64,000 bases of DNA from Azolla caroliniana (lineage: Eukaryota > Plantae > Polypodiophyta), in contig JBHGNT010000040.1 of the NCBI GenBank assembly GCA_043228905.1, forward strand, positions 124,001 through 188,000, read 5' to 3'. Positions within the stretch are counted from its first letter, which is position 1. Every line of letters starts with the position of its first letter. The notes under the pieces were generated by a model. It searched no databases, was not told the DNA's origin, and saw only the letters and a list, made by a program, of their open reading frames with translations. Positions 1 to 12,176 of the stretch are shown here, piece by piece. Both the position numbers and the translations under genes were made by a program.

Positions 1-179
1 TTCATGTCTCTCGACCTGAGTTTCAAAATCTTGATTTTTTAATTCCATATCATAGCTAGTGTTATTAGCTTCGATTCGCATGATTTGAACACTAAAATCC
101 GATATCACACGAGCCAGTTATGAACATTTTAATTTACTCACGCGCTATTCTCAACTCCCTCCTCAAATTTGGTAATTTC
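1..179 (+). repeat. Representative 179-bp monomer (GCATGATTTGAAC type); the 178-bp type has GCATGTTTGAAC, GCATCTTTGAAC or GCATGATGGAAC
   Basis: The next TTCATG starts at 180. Manual count gives 63/179 G+C (41 C, 22 G) and 7 CpG. It contains GATATC (EcoRV) at 101-106 and a pyrimidine-rich tract TTCTCAACTCCCTCCTC at ~148-164. Confidence 0.97.
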
Positions 180-1929
180 TTCATGTCTCTCGACCTGAGT
201 TTCAAAATCTTGATTTTTTAATTCCATATCATATCTAGTGTTGTTAGCTTCGATTCGCATGTTTGAACACAACAATCCCATATCACACGAGCCAAGTACG
301 AACATTTTAATTTACTCACGCGCTCTTCTCAACTGCCTCCCCTGATTTACTAATTTCATCATGTCTCTCGACCTGAGTTTCAAAATCTTGATTTTCTAAT
401 TCCATATCATAGCTAGTGTTGTTAGCTTCGATTCGCATGTTTGAACACTAAAATCAGATATCACTCGAGCCAGGTATGACAATTTTAATTTACTCACGCG
501 CTCTTCTCAACTCCCTCCTCTAATTTACTAATTTCTTCATGTCTCTCGACCTGAGTTTCAAAATCTTGATTTTTTAATTCCATATCATAGCTAGTGTTAT
601 TAGCTGCGATTCGCATGATTTGAACACTAAAATCCGATATCACACGAGCCAGTTATGAACATTTTAATTTACTCACGCGCTCTTCTCAACTCCCTCCTCA
701 AATTTGGTAATTTCTTCATGTCTCTCGACCTGAGTTTTAAAATCTTGATTTTCTAATTCCAAATCATAGCTAGTGTTGTTAGCTTCGATTCGCATGATTT
801 GAACACTAAAATCCGATATCACACGAGCCAGTTATGAACATTTTAATTTACTCACGCGCTCTTCTCAACTCCCTCCTCTAATTTACTAATTTATTCATGT
901 CTCGTGACCTGTGTTTCAAAATCTTGATTTTCTAATTCTATATTACAGCTAGTGTTGTTAGCTTCGATTCGCATGTTTGAACACAACAATCCGATATCAC
1001 ACGAGCCAGGTATGACAATTTTAATTTACTCACGCAATCTTCTCCACTCCCTCCTCAAATTTGGTAATTTCTTCATGTCTCTCGACCTGAGTTTCAAAAT
1101 CTTGATTTTCTAATTCCATATCATAGCTAGTGTTGTTAGCTTCGATTCGCATGTTTGAACACAAAAATCGGATATCACACGAGCCAAGTATGACAATTTT
1201 GATTTACTCACGCGATCTTCTCAACTCCCTCCTCTAATTTACTAATTTCTTCATGTCTCTTGACCTGAGTTTCGAAATCTGGATTTTCTTATTCCATATC
1301 ATAGCTAGTGTTGTTAGCTTCGATTCGCATGTTTGAACACAACAATCCCATATCACACGAGCCTGGTACGAACATTTTAATTTACTCACGCGCTCTTCTC
1401 AACTCCCTCCTCTAATTTGCTAATTTCTTCCTGTCTCTCGACCTGAGTTTCAAAATCTTGATTTTTTAATTCCATATCATAGCTAGTGTTGTTAGCTTCG
1501 ATTCGCATGTTTGAACACAAAAATCGGATATCATACGAGCTAGGTAGGACAATTTTAATTTACTCACGCGATCTTCTCAACTCCCTCGTCTGATTTACTA
1601 ATTTCTTCATGTCTATTGACCTGAGTTTCAAAATCTGGATTTTCTAATTCCATATCATAGCTAGTGTTGTTAGCTTCGATTCGCATCTTTGAACACTAAA
1701 ATCCGATATCACACAAGCTAGGTATGACAATTTTAATTTACTCACCTGCTCTTCTCAACTCCCTCCTCAATTTTGCTAATTTCTTCCTGTCTCTCGACCT
1801 GAGTTTCAAAATCTTGATTTTTTAATTCCATATCATATCTAGTGTTGTTAGCTTCGATTCGCATGTTTGAACACAACAATCCCATATCACACGAGCCAGT
1901 TATGAACATTTTAATTTACTCACGCGCTC

Positions 1930-4900
1930 TTCTCAACTCCCTCCTCTAATTTACTAATTTATTCATGTCTCGTGACCTGTGTTTCAAAATCTTGATTTTC
2001 TAATTCTATATTACAGCTAGTGTTGTTAGCTTCGATTCGCATGTTTGAACACAACAATCCGATATCACACGAGCCAGGTATGACAATTTTAATTTACTCA
2101 CGCAATCTTCTCCACTCCCTCCTCAAATTTGGTAATTTCTTCATGTCTCTCGACCTGAGTTTCAAAATCTTGATTTTCTAATTCCATCTCATAGCTAGTG
2201 TTGTTAGCTTCTATTCGCATGTTTGAACACAAAAATCGGATATCACACGAGCCAGGTATGACAATTTTAATTTACTCACGCAATCTTCTTCACTCCCTCC
2301 GCAAATTTGGTAATTTCTTCATGTCTCTCGACCTGAAGTTTCAAAATCTTGATTTTTTAATTCCATATCATAGCTAGTGTTCTTAGCTGCGATTCGCATG
2401 ATTTCAACACTAAAATCCGATATCACACGAGCCAGGTAGGAACATTTGAATTTACTCACGCGCTCTTCTCAACTCCCTCCTCTAATTTGCTAATATCTTC
2501 ATGTCTCTCGACCTGAGTGTCAAAATCTTGATATTTTAATTCCATATCATAGCTAGTGTTTTTAGCTTCGATTCGCATGTTTGAACACTAAAATCCGATA
2601 TCACACGAGCCAGGTATGACAACTTTAATTTACTCACGCGCTCTTCTCAACTCCCTCCTCTAATTTACTAATTTCTTCATGTCTCTCGACCTGAGTTTCA
2701 AAATCTTGATTTTCTAATTCCATATCATAGCTAGTGTTGTTAGCTTCGATTCGCATCTTTGAACACTAAAATCCGATATCACACGAGCCAGGTATGACAA
2801 CTTTAATTTACTCACCTGCTCTTCTCAACTCCCTCCTCAAATTTGGTAATTTCTTCATGTCTCTCGACCTGAGTTTCAAAATCTTGATTTTCTAATTTCA
2901 TATCATAGCTAGTGTTTTAAGCTTCGATTCGCATGATGGAACCCTAAATTCGGATATCACACGAGCCAGGTATGACAATTTTAATTTAGTCACGCTATCT
3001 TCTCAACTCCCTCGTCTGATTTACTAATTTCTTCATGTCTCTTGACCTGAGTTTCAAAATCTGGATTTTCTAATTCCATAACATAGCTAGTGTTGTTAGC
3101 TTCGATTCGCATGTTTGAACACAAAAATCCGATATCACACGAGCCAGGTAGGACAATTTTAATTTACTCACGCGATCTTCTCAACTCCCTCGTCTGATTT
3201 ACTAATTTCTTCATGTCTATTGACCTGAGTTTCAAAATCTGGATTTTCTAATTCCATAACATAGCTAGTGTTGTTAGCTTCGATTCGCATCTTTGAACAC
3301 TAAAATCCGATATCACACAAGCTAGGTATGACAATTTTAATTTACTCACCTGCTCTTCTAAACTCCCTCCTCAATTTTGCTAATTTCTTCCTGTCTCTCG
3401 ACCTGAGTATCAAAATCTTAATTTTTTAATTCCATATCATAGCTAGTGTTATTAGCTTCGATTCGCATGATGGAACACTAAAATTGAATATCAAACGAGC
3501 CAGGTATGACAATTTTAATTTACTCACGCGGTCTTCTCAACTCCCTCCTCTAATTTGCTAATTTCTTCATGTCTTTCGACCTGTGTTTCAAAATCTTGAT
3601 TTTTTAATTCCATATTATAGCTAGTGTTGTTAGCTTCGATTCGCATGTTTGAACACTAAAATCCGATATCACTCGAGCCAGGTAGGAACATTTGAATTTA
3701 CTCACGCGCTCTTCTTAACTCCCTCCTCTAATTTACTAATTTCTTCATGTCTCTTGACCTGAGTTTCAAAATCTTGATTTTTTAATTCCATATCATAGCT
3801 AGTGTTATTAGCTTCGATTCGCATGATGGAACACTAAAATCGGATATCACACGAGCCAGTTATGAACATTTTAATTTACTCACGCGCTCTTCTCAACTCC
3901 CTCCTCTAATTTACTAATTTCTTCATGTCTCTCGACCTGAGTTTCAAAATCTGGATTTTCTAATTCCATATCATAGCTAGTGTTATTAGCTTCGATTCGC
4001 ATGATTTGAACACTAAAATCCGATATCACACGAGCCAGTTATGAACATTTTAATTTACTCACGCGCTCTTCTCAACTCCCTCCTCAAATTTGGTAATTTC
4101 TTCATGTCTCTCGACCTGAGTTTCAAAATCTTGATTTTTTAATTCCATATCATAGCTAGTGTTATTAGCTGCGATTCGCATGATTTGAACACTAAAATCC
4201 GATATCACACGAGCCAGTTATGAACATTTTAATTTACTCACGCGCTATTCTCAACTCCCTCCTCTAATTTACTAATTTATTCATGTCTCGTGACCTGTGT
4301 TTCAAAATCTTGATTTTCTAATTCTATATTACAGCTAGTGTTGTTAGCTTCGATTCGCATGTTTGAACACAACAATCCGATATCACACGAGCCAGGTATG
4401 ACAATTTTAATTTACTCACGCAATCTTCTCCACTCCCTCCTCAAATTTGGTAATTTCTTCATGTCTCTCGACCTGAGTTTCAAAATCTTGATTTTCTAAT
4501 TCCATCTCATAGCTAGTGTTGTTAGCTTCTATTCGCATGTTTGAACACAAAAATCGGATATCACACGAGCCAGGTATGACAATTTTAATTTACTCACGCA
4601 ATCTTCTTCACTCCCTCCGCAAATTTGGTAATTTCTTCATGTCTCTCGACCTGAAGTTTCAAAATCTTGATTTTTTAATTCCATATCATAGCTAGTGTTC
4701 TTAGCTGCGATTCGCATGATTTGAACACTAAAATCCGATATCACACGAGCCAGGTAGGAACATTTGAATTTACTCACGCGCTCTTCTCAACTCCCTCCTC
4801 TAATTTGCTAATATCTTCATGTCTCTCGACCTGAGTGTCAAAATCTTGATATTTTAATTCCATATCATAGCTAGTGTTTTTAGCTTCGATTCGCATGTTT

Positions 4901-6033
4901 GAACACTAAAATCCGATATCACACGAGCCAGGTATGACAACTTTAATTTACTCACGCGCTCTTCTCAACTCCCTCCTCTAATTTACTAATTTCTTCATGT
5001 CTCTCGACCTGAGTTTCAAAATCTTGATTTTCTAATTCCATATCATAGCTAGTGTTGTTAGCTTCGATTCGCATCTTTGAACACTAAAATCCGATATCAC
5101 ACGAGCCAGGTATGACAACTTTAATTTACTCACCTGCTCTTCTCAACTCCCTCCTCAAATTTGGTAATTTCTTCATGTCTCTCGACCTGAGTTTCAAAAT
5201 CTTGATTTTCTAATTTCATATCATAGCTAGTGTTTTAAGCTTCGATTCGCATGATGGAACCCTAAATTCGGATATCACACGAGCCAGGTATGACAATTTT
5301 AATTTAGTCACGCTATCTTCTCAACTCCCTCGTCTGATTTACTAATTTCTTGATGTCTCTTGACCTGAGTTTCAAAATCTGGATTTTCTAATTCCATATC
5401 ATAGCTAGTGTTGTTAGCTTCGATTCGCATGTTTGAACACAAAAATCCGATATCACACGAGCCAGGTAGGACAATTTTAATTTACTCACGCGATCTTCTC
5501 AACTCCCTCGTCTGATTTACTAATTTCTTCATGTCTATTGACCTGAGTTTCAAAATCTGGATTTTCTAATTCCATATCATAGCTAGTGTTGTTAGCTTCG
5601 ATTCGCATCTTTGAACACTAAAATCCGATATCACACAAGCTAGGTATGACAATTTTAATTTACTCACCTGCTCTTCTAAACTCCCTCCTCAATTTTGCTA
5701 ATTTCTTCCTGTCTCTCGACCTGAGTTTCAAAATCTTAATTTTTTAATTCCATATCATAGCTAGTGTTATTAGCTTCGATTCGCATGATGGAACACTAAA
5801 ATTGAATATCAAACGAGCTAGGTATGACAATTTTAATTTACTCACGCGGTCTTCTCAACTCCCTCCTCTAATTTGCTAATTTCTTCATGTCTCTCGACCT
5901 GTGTTTCAAAATCTTGATTTTTTAATTCCATATTATAGCTAGTGTTGTTAGCTTCGATTCGCATGTTTGAACACTAAAATCCGATATCACTCGAGCCAGG
6001 TAGGAACATTTGAATTTACTCACGCGCTCTTCT
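1930..6033 (+). repeat. Block duplication of ~10 monomers at 2318-bp (13-monomer) offset: ~1930-3715 matches ~4248-6033
   Basis: Shared rare variants CAATCTTCTTCAC at 2281/4599 and ACCTGAAG at 2331/4649, with the same monomer order between them. Confidence 0.85.
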
Positions 6034-8137
6034 CAACTCCCTCCTCTAATTTGCTAATTTCTTCATGTCTCTCGACCTGAGTTTCAAAATCTTGATTTTT
6101 TAATTCCATATCATAGCTAGTGTTATTAGCTTCGATTCGCATGATTTGAACACTAAAATCCGATATCACACGAGCCAGTTATGAACATTTTAATTTACTC
6201 ACGCGCTATTCTCAACTCCCTCCTCAAATTTGGTAATTTCTTCATGTCTCTCGACCTGAGTTTCAAAATCTTGATTTTTTAATTCCATATCATATCTAGT
6301 GTTGTTAGCTTCGATTCGCATGTTTGAACACAACAATCCCATATCACACGAGCCAAGTACGAACATTTTAATTTACTCACGCGCTCTTCTCAACTGCCTC
6401 CCCTGATTTACTAATTTCATCATGTCTCTCGACCTGAGTTTCAAAATCTTGATTTTCTAATTCCATATCATAGCTAGTTTTATTAGCTTCGATTCGCATG
6501 ATGGAACACTAAAATTGAATATCACACGAGCCAGGTATGACAATTTTAATTTACTCACGCGATCTTCTGAACTCCCTCCTCTAATTTGCTAATTTCTTCA
6601 TGTCTCTCGACCTGTGTTTCAAAATCTTGATTTTTTAATTCCATATCATAGCTAGTGTTGTTAGCTTCGATTTGCATGTTTGAACACTGAAATCCGATAT
6701 CACTCGAGCCAGGTATGACAATTTTAATTTACTCACGCGCTCTTCTTAACTCCCTCCTCTAATTTACTAATTTCTTCATGTCTCTTGACCTGAGTTTCAA
6801 AATCTTGATTTTTTAATTCCATATCATAGCTAGTGTTATTAGCTTCGATTCGCATGATGGAACACTAAAATCGGATATCACACGAGCCAGTTATGAACAT
6901 TTTAATTTACTCACCCGCTCTTCTCAACTCCCTCCTCTAATTTACTAATTTCTTCATGTCTCTCGACCTGAGTTTCAAAATCTGGATTTTCTAATTCCAT
7001 ATCATAGCTAGTGTTATTAGCTTCGATTCGCATGATTTGAACACTAAAATCCGATATCACACGAGCCAGTTATGAACATTTTAATTTACTCACGCGCTCT
7101 TCTCAACTCCCTCCTCAAATTTGGTAATTTCTTCATGTCTCTCGACCTGAGTTTCAAAATCTTGATTTTTTAATTCCATATCATAGCTAGTGTTATTAGC
7201 TGCGATTCGCATGATTTGAACACTAAAATCCGATATCACACGAGCCAGTTATGAACATTTTAATTTACTCACGCGCTATTCTCAACTCCCTCCTCAAATT
7301 TGGTAATTTCTTCATGTCTCTCGACCTGAGTTTTAAAATCTTGATTTTCTAATTCCAAATCATAGCTAGTGTTGTTAGCTTCGATTCGCATGATTTGAAC
7401 ACTAAAATCCGATATCACACGAGCCAGTTATGAACATTTTAATTTACTCACGCGCTCTTCTCAACTCCCTCCTCTAATTTACTAATTTATTCATGTCTCA
7501 TGACCTGTGTTTCAAAATCTTGATTTTCTAATTCTATATTACAGCTAGTGTTGTTAGCTTCGATTCGCATGTTTGAACACAACAATCCGATATCACACGA
7601 GCCAGGTATGACAATTTTAATTTACTCACGCAATCTTCTCCACTCCCTCCTCAAATTTGGTAATTTCTTCATGTCTCTCGACCTGAGTTTCAAAATCTTG
7701 ATTTTCTAATTCCATATCATAGCTAGTGTTGTTAGCTTCGATTCGAATCTTTGAACACTAAAATCCGATATCACACAAGCTAGGTATGACAATTTTAATT
7801 TACTCACCTGCTCTTCTCAACTCCCTCCTCAATTTTGCTAATTTCTTCCTGTCTCTCGACCTGAGTTTCAAAATCTTGATTTTTTAATTCCATATCATAT
7901 CTAGTTTTGTTAGCTTCGATTCGCATGTTTGAACACAACAATCCCATATCACACGAGCCAGTTATGAACATTTTAATTTACTCACGCGCTCTTCTCAACT
8001 CCCTCCTCTAATTTACTAATTTATTCATGTCTCGTGACCTGTGTTTCAAAATCTTGATTTTCTAATTCTATATTACAGCTAGTGTTGTTAGCTTCGATTC
8101 GCATGTTTGAACACAACAATCCGATATCACATGAGCC

Positions 8138-11100
8138 AGGTATGACAATTTTAATTTACTCACGCAATCTTCTCCACTCCCTCCTCAAATTTGGTAATTT
8201 CTTCATGTCTCTCGACCTGAGTTTCAAAATCTTGATTTTCTAATTCCATCTCATAGCTAGTGTTGTTAGCTTCTATTCGCATGTTTGAACACAAAAATCG
8301 GATATCACACGAGCCAGGTATGACAATTTTAATTTACTCACGCAATCTTCTCCACTCCCTCCGCAAATTTGGTAATTTCTTCATGTCTCTCGACCTGAAG
8401 TTTCAAAATCTTGATTTTTTAATTCCATATCATAGCTAGTGTTCTTAGCTGCGATTCGCATGATTTGAACACTAAAATCCGATATCACACGAGCCAGGTA
8501 GGAACATTTGAATTTACTCACGCGCTCTTCTCAACTCCCTCCTCTAATTTGCTAATATCTTCATGTCTCTCGACCTGAGTGTCAAAATCTTGATATTTTA
8601 ATTCCATATCATAGCTAGTGTTTTTAGCTTCGATTCGCATGTTTGAACACTAAAATCCGATATCACACGAGCCAGGTATGACAACTTTAATTTACTCACG
8701 CGCTCTTCTCAACTCCCTCCTCTAATTTACTAATTTCTTCATGTCTCTCGACCTGAGTTTCAAAATCTTGATTTTCTAATTCCATATCATAGCTAGTGTT
8801 GTTAGCTTCGATTCGCATCTTTGAACACTAAAATCCGATATCACACGAGCCAGGTATGACAACTTTAATTTACTCACCTGCTCTTCTCAACTCCCTCCTC
8901 AAATTTGGTAATTTCTTCATGTCTCTCGACCTGAGTTTCAAAATCTTGATTTTCTAATTTCATATCATAGCTAGTGTTTTAAGCTTCGATTCGCATGATG
9001 GAACCCTAAATTCGGATATCACACGAGCCAGGTATGACAATTTTAATTTAGTCACGCTATCTTCTCAACTCCCTCGTCTGATTTACTAATTTCTTCATGT
9101 CTCTTGACCAGAGTTTCAAAATCTGGATTTTCTAATTCCATATCATAGCTAGTGTTGTTAGCTTCGATTCGCATGTTTGAACACAACAATCCCATATCAC
9201 ACGAGCCAGGTACGAACATTTTAATTTACTCACGCGCTCTTCTCAACTCCCTCCTCTAATTTGCTAATTTCTTCCTGTCTCTCGACCTGAGTTTCAAAAT
9301 CTTGATTTTTTAATTCCATATCATAGCTAGTGTTGTTAGCTTCGATTCGCATGTTTGAACACAAAAATCGGATATCACACGAGCCAGGTATGAACATTTT
9401 AATTTACTCACGTGCTCTTCTCAACTCCCTCCTCTAATTTACTAATTTATTCATGTCTCGTGACCTGAGTTTCAAAATCTTGATTTTCTAATTGTATATT
9501 ATAGCTAGTGTTGTTAGCTTCGATTCGCATATTTGAACACAACAATCCGATATCACACGAGCCAGGTATGACAATTTTAATTTACTCACGCAATCTTCTC
9601 CACTCCCTCCTCAAATTTGGTAATTTCTTCATGTCTCTCGACCTGAGTTTCAAAATCTTGATTTTCTAATTCCATATCATAGCTAGTGTTGTTAGCTTCG
9701 ATTCGCATGTTTGAACACAAAAATCGGATATCACACGAGCCAGGTATGACAATTTTAATTTACTCACGCAATCTTCTCCACTCCCTCCGCAAATTTGGTA
9801 ATTTCTTCATGTCTCTCGACCTGAAGTTTCACAATCTTGATTTTCTAATTCCATATCATAGCTAGTGTTGTTAGCTTCGATTCGCATGTTTAAACACTAA
9901 AATCAGATATCACTCGAGCTAGGTATGACAATTTTAATTTACTCACGCAATCTTCTCCACTCCCTCCTCAAATTTGGTAATTTCTTCATGTCTCTCGACC
10001 TGAGTTTCAAAATCTTGATTTTCTAATTCCATCTCATAGCTAGTGTTGTTAGCTTCTATTCGCATGTTTGAACACAAAAATCGGATATCACACGAGCCAG
10101 GTATGACAATTTTAATTTACTCACGCAATCTTCTCCACTCCCTCCGCAAATTTGGTAATTTCTTCATGTCTCTCGACCTGAAGTTTCAAAATCTTGATTT
10201 TTTAATTCCATATCATAGCTAGTGTTCTTAGCTGCGATTCGCATGATTTGAACACTAAAATCCGATATCACACGAGCCAGGTAGGAACATTTGAATTTAC
10301 TCACGCGCTCTTCTCAACTCCCTCCTCTAATTTGCTAATATCTTCATGTCTCTCGACCTGAGTGTCAAAATCTTGATATTTTAATTCCATATCATAGCTA
10401 GTGTTTTTAGCTTCGATTCGCATGTTTGAACACTAAAATCCGATATCACACGAGCCAGGTATGACAACTTTAATTTACTCACGCGCTCTTCTCAACTCCC
10501 TCCTCTAATTTACTAATTTCTTCATGTCTCTCGACCTGAGTTTCAAAATCTTGATTTTCTAATTCCATATCATAGCTAGTGTTGTTAGCTTCGATTCGCA
10601 TCTTTGAACACTAAAATCCGATATCACACGAGCCAGGTATGACAACTTTAATTTACTCACCTGCTCTTCTCAACTCCCTCCTCAAATTTGGTAATTTCTT
10701 CATGTCTCTCGACCTGAGTTTCAAAATCTTGATTTTCTAATTTCATATCATAGCTAGTGTTTTAAGCTTCGATTCGCATGATGGAACCCTAAATTCGGAT
10801 ATCACACGAGCCAGGTATGACAATTTTAATTTAGTCACGCTATCTTCTCAACTCCCTCGTCTGATTTACTAATTTCTTCATGTCTCTTGACCAGAGTTTC
10901 AAAATCTGGATTTTCTAATTCCATATCATAGCTAGTGTTGTTAGCTTCGATTCGCATGTTTGAACACAACAATCCCATATCACACGAGCCAGGTACGAAC
11001 ATTTTAATTTACTCACGCGCTCTTCTCAACTCCCTCCTCTAATTTGCTAATTTCTTCCTGTCTCTCGACCTGAGTTTCAAAATCTTGATTTTTTAATTCC

Positions 11101-11613
11101 ATATCATAGCTAGTGTTGTTAGCTTCGATTCGCATGTTTGAACACAAAAATCGGATATCACACGAGCCAGGTATGAACATTTTAATTTACTCACGTGCTC
11201 TTCTCAACTCCCTCCTCTAATTTACTAATTTATTCATGTCTCGTGACCTGAGTTTCAAAATCTTGATTTTCTAATTCTATATTATAGCTAGTGTTGTTAG
11301 CTTCGATTCGCATATTTGAACACAACAATCCGATATCACACGAGCCAGGTATGACAATTTTAATTTACTCACGCAATCTTCTCCACTCCCTCCTCAAATT
11401 TGGTAATTTCTTCATGTCTCTCGACCTGAGTTTCAAAATCTTGATTTTCTAATTCCATATCATAGCTAGTGTTGTTAGCTTCGATTCGCATGTTTGAACA
11501 CAAAAATCGGATATCACACGAGCCAGGTATGACAATTTTAATTTACTCACGCAATCTTCTCCACTCCCTCCGCAAATTTGGTAATTTCTTCATGTCTCTC
11601 GACCTGAAGTTTC
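8138..11613 (+). repeat. Tandem 10-monomer (1783-bp) duplication: ~8138-9830 matches ~9921-11613
   Basis: Private variant CTCTTGACCAGAG at 9101/10884; ACCTGAAG at 8393/10176 and 9819/11602; all offsets are 1783. Confidence 0.9.
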
Positions 11614-12176
11614 AAAATCTTGATTTTTTAATTCCATATCATAGCTAGTGTTCTTAGCTGCGATTCGCATGTTTGAACACTAAAATCCGATATCACACGA
11701 GCCAGGTAGGAACATTTGAATTTACTCACGCGCTCTTCTCAACTCCCTCCTCTAATTTGCTAATATCTTCATGTCTCTCGACCTGAGTGTCAAAATCTTG
11801 ATATTTTAACTCCATATCATAGCTAGTGTTGTTAGCTTCGATTCGCATCTTTGAACACTAAAATCCGATATCACACGAGCCAGGTATGACAACTTTAATT
11901 TACTCACCTGCTCTTCTCAACTCCCTCCTCAAATTTGGTAATTTCTTCATGTCTCTCGACCTGAGTTTCAAAATCTTGATTTTCTAATTTCATATCATAG
12001 CTAGTGTTTTAAGCTTCGATTCGCATGATGGAACCCTAAATTCGGATATCACACGAGCCAGGTATGACAATTTTAATTTAGTCACGCTATCTTCTCAACT
12101 CCCTCGTCTGATTTACTAATTTCTTCATGTCTCTTGACCTGAGTTTCAAAATCTGGATTTTCTAATTCCATATCAT

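Noticed and set aside
69-90. CENP-B box-like TTCG motif (CTTCGATTCGCATGATTTG)
   Set aside because: It does not fit NTTCGNNNNANNCGGGN because the CGGG half is absent in both possible registers.
141-165. Pyrimidine-rich tract CTCTTCTCAACTCCCTCCTC as a G-quadruplex/triplex or Shine-Dalgarno-like (GGAGG on the minus strand) signal
   Set aside because: It has too few G3 runs for a canonical G4, is short and interrupted for H-DNA, and has no gene context for a ribosome-binding site.
1-179. Identity with Arabidopsis CEN178, alpha satellite, or a 5S rDNA/tRNA tandem unit
   Set aside because: Only the length is similar. I see none of the sequence motifs I know from those families, no 5S coding sequence and no tRNA cloverleaf or A/B boxes.
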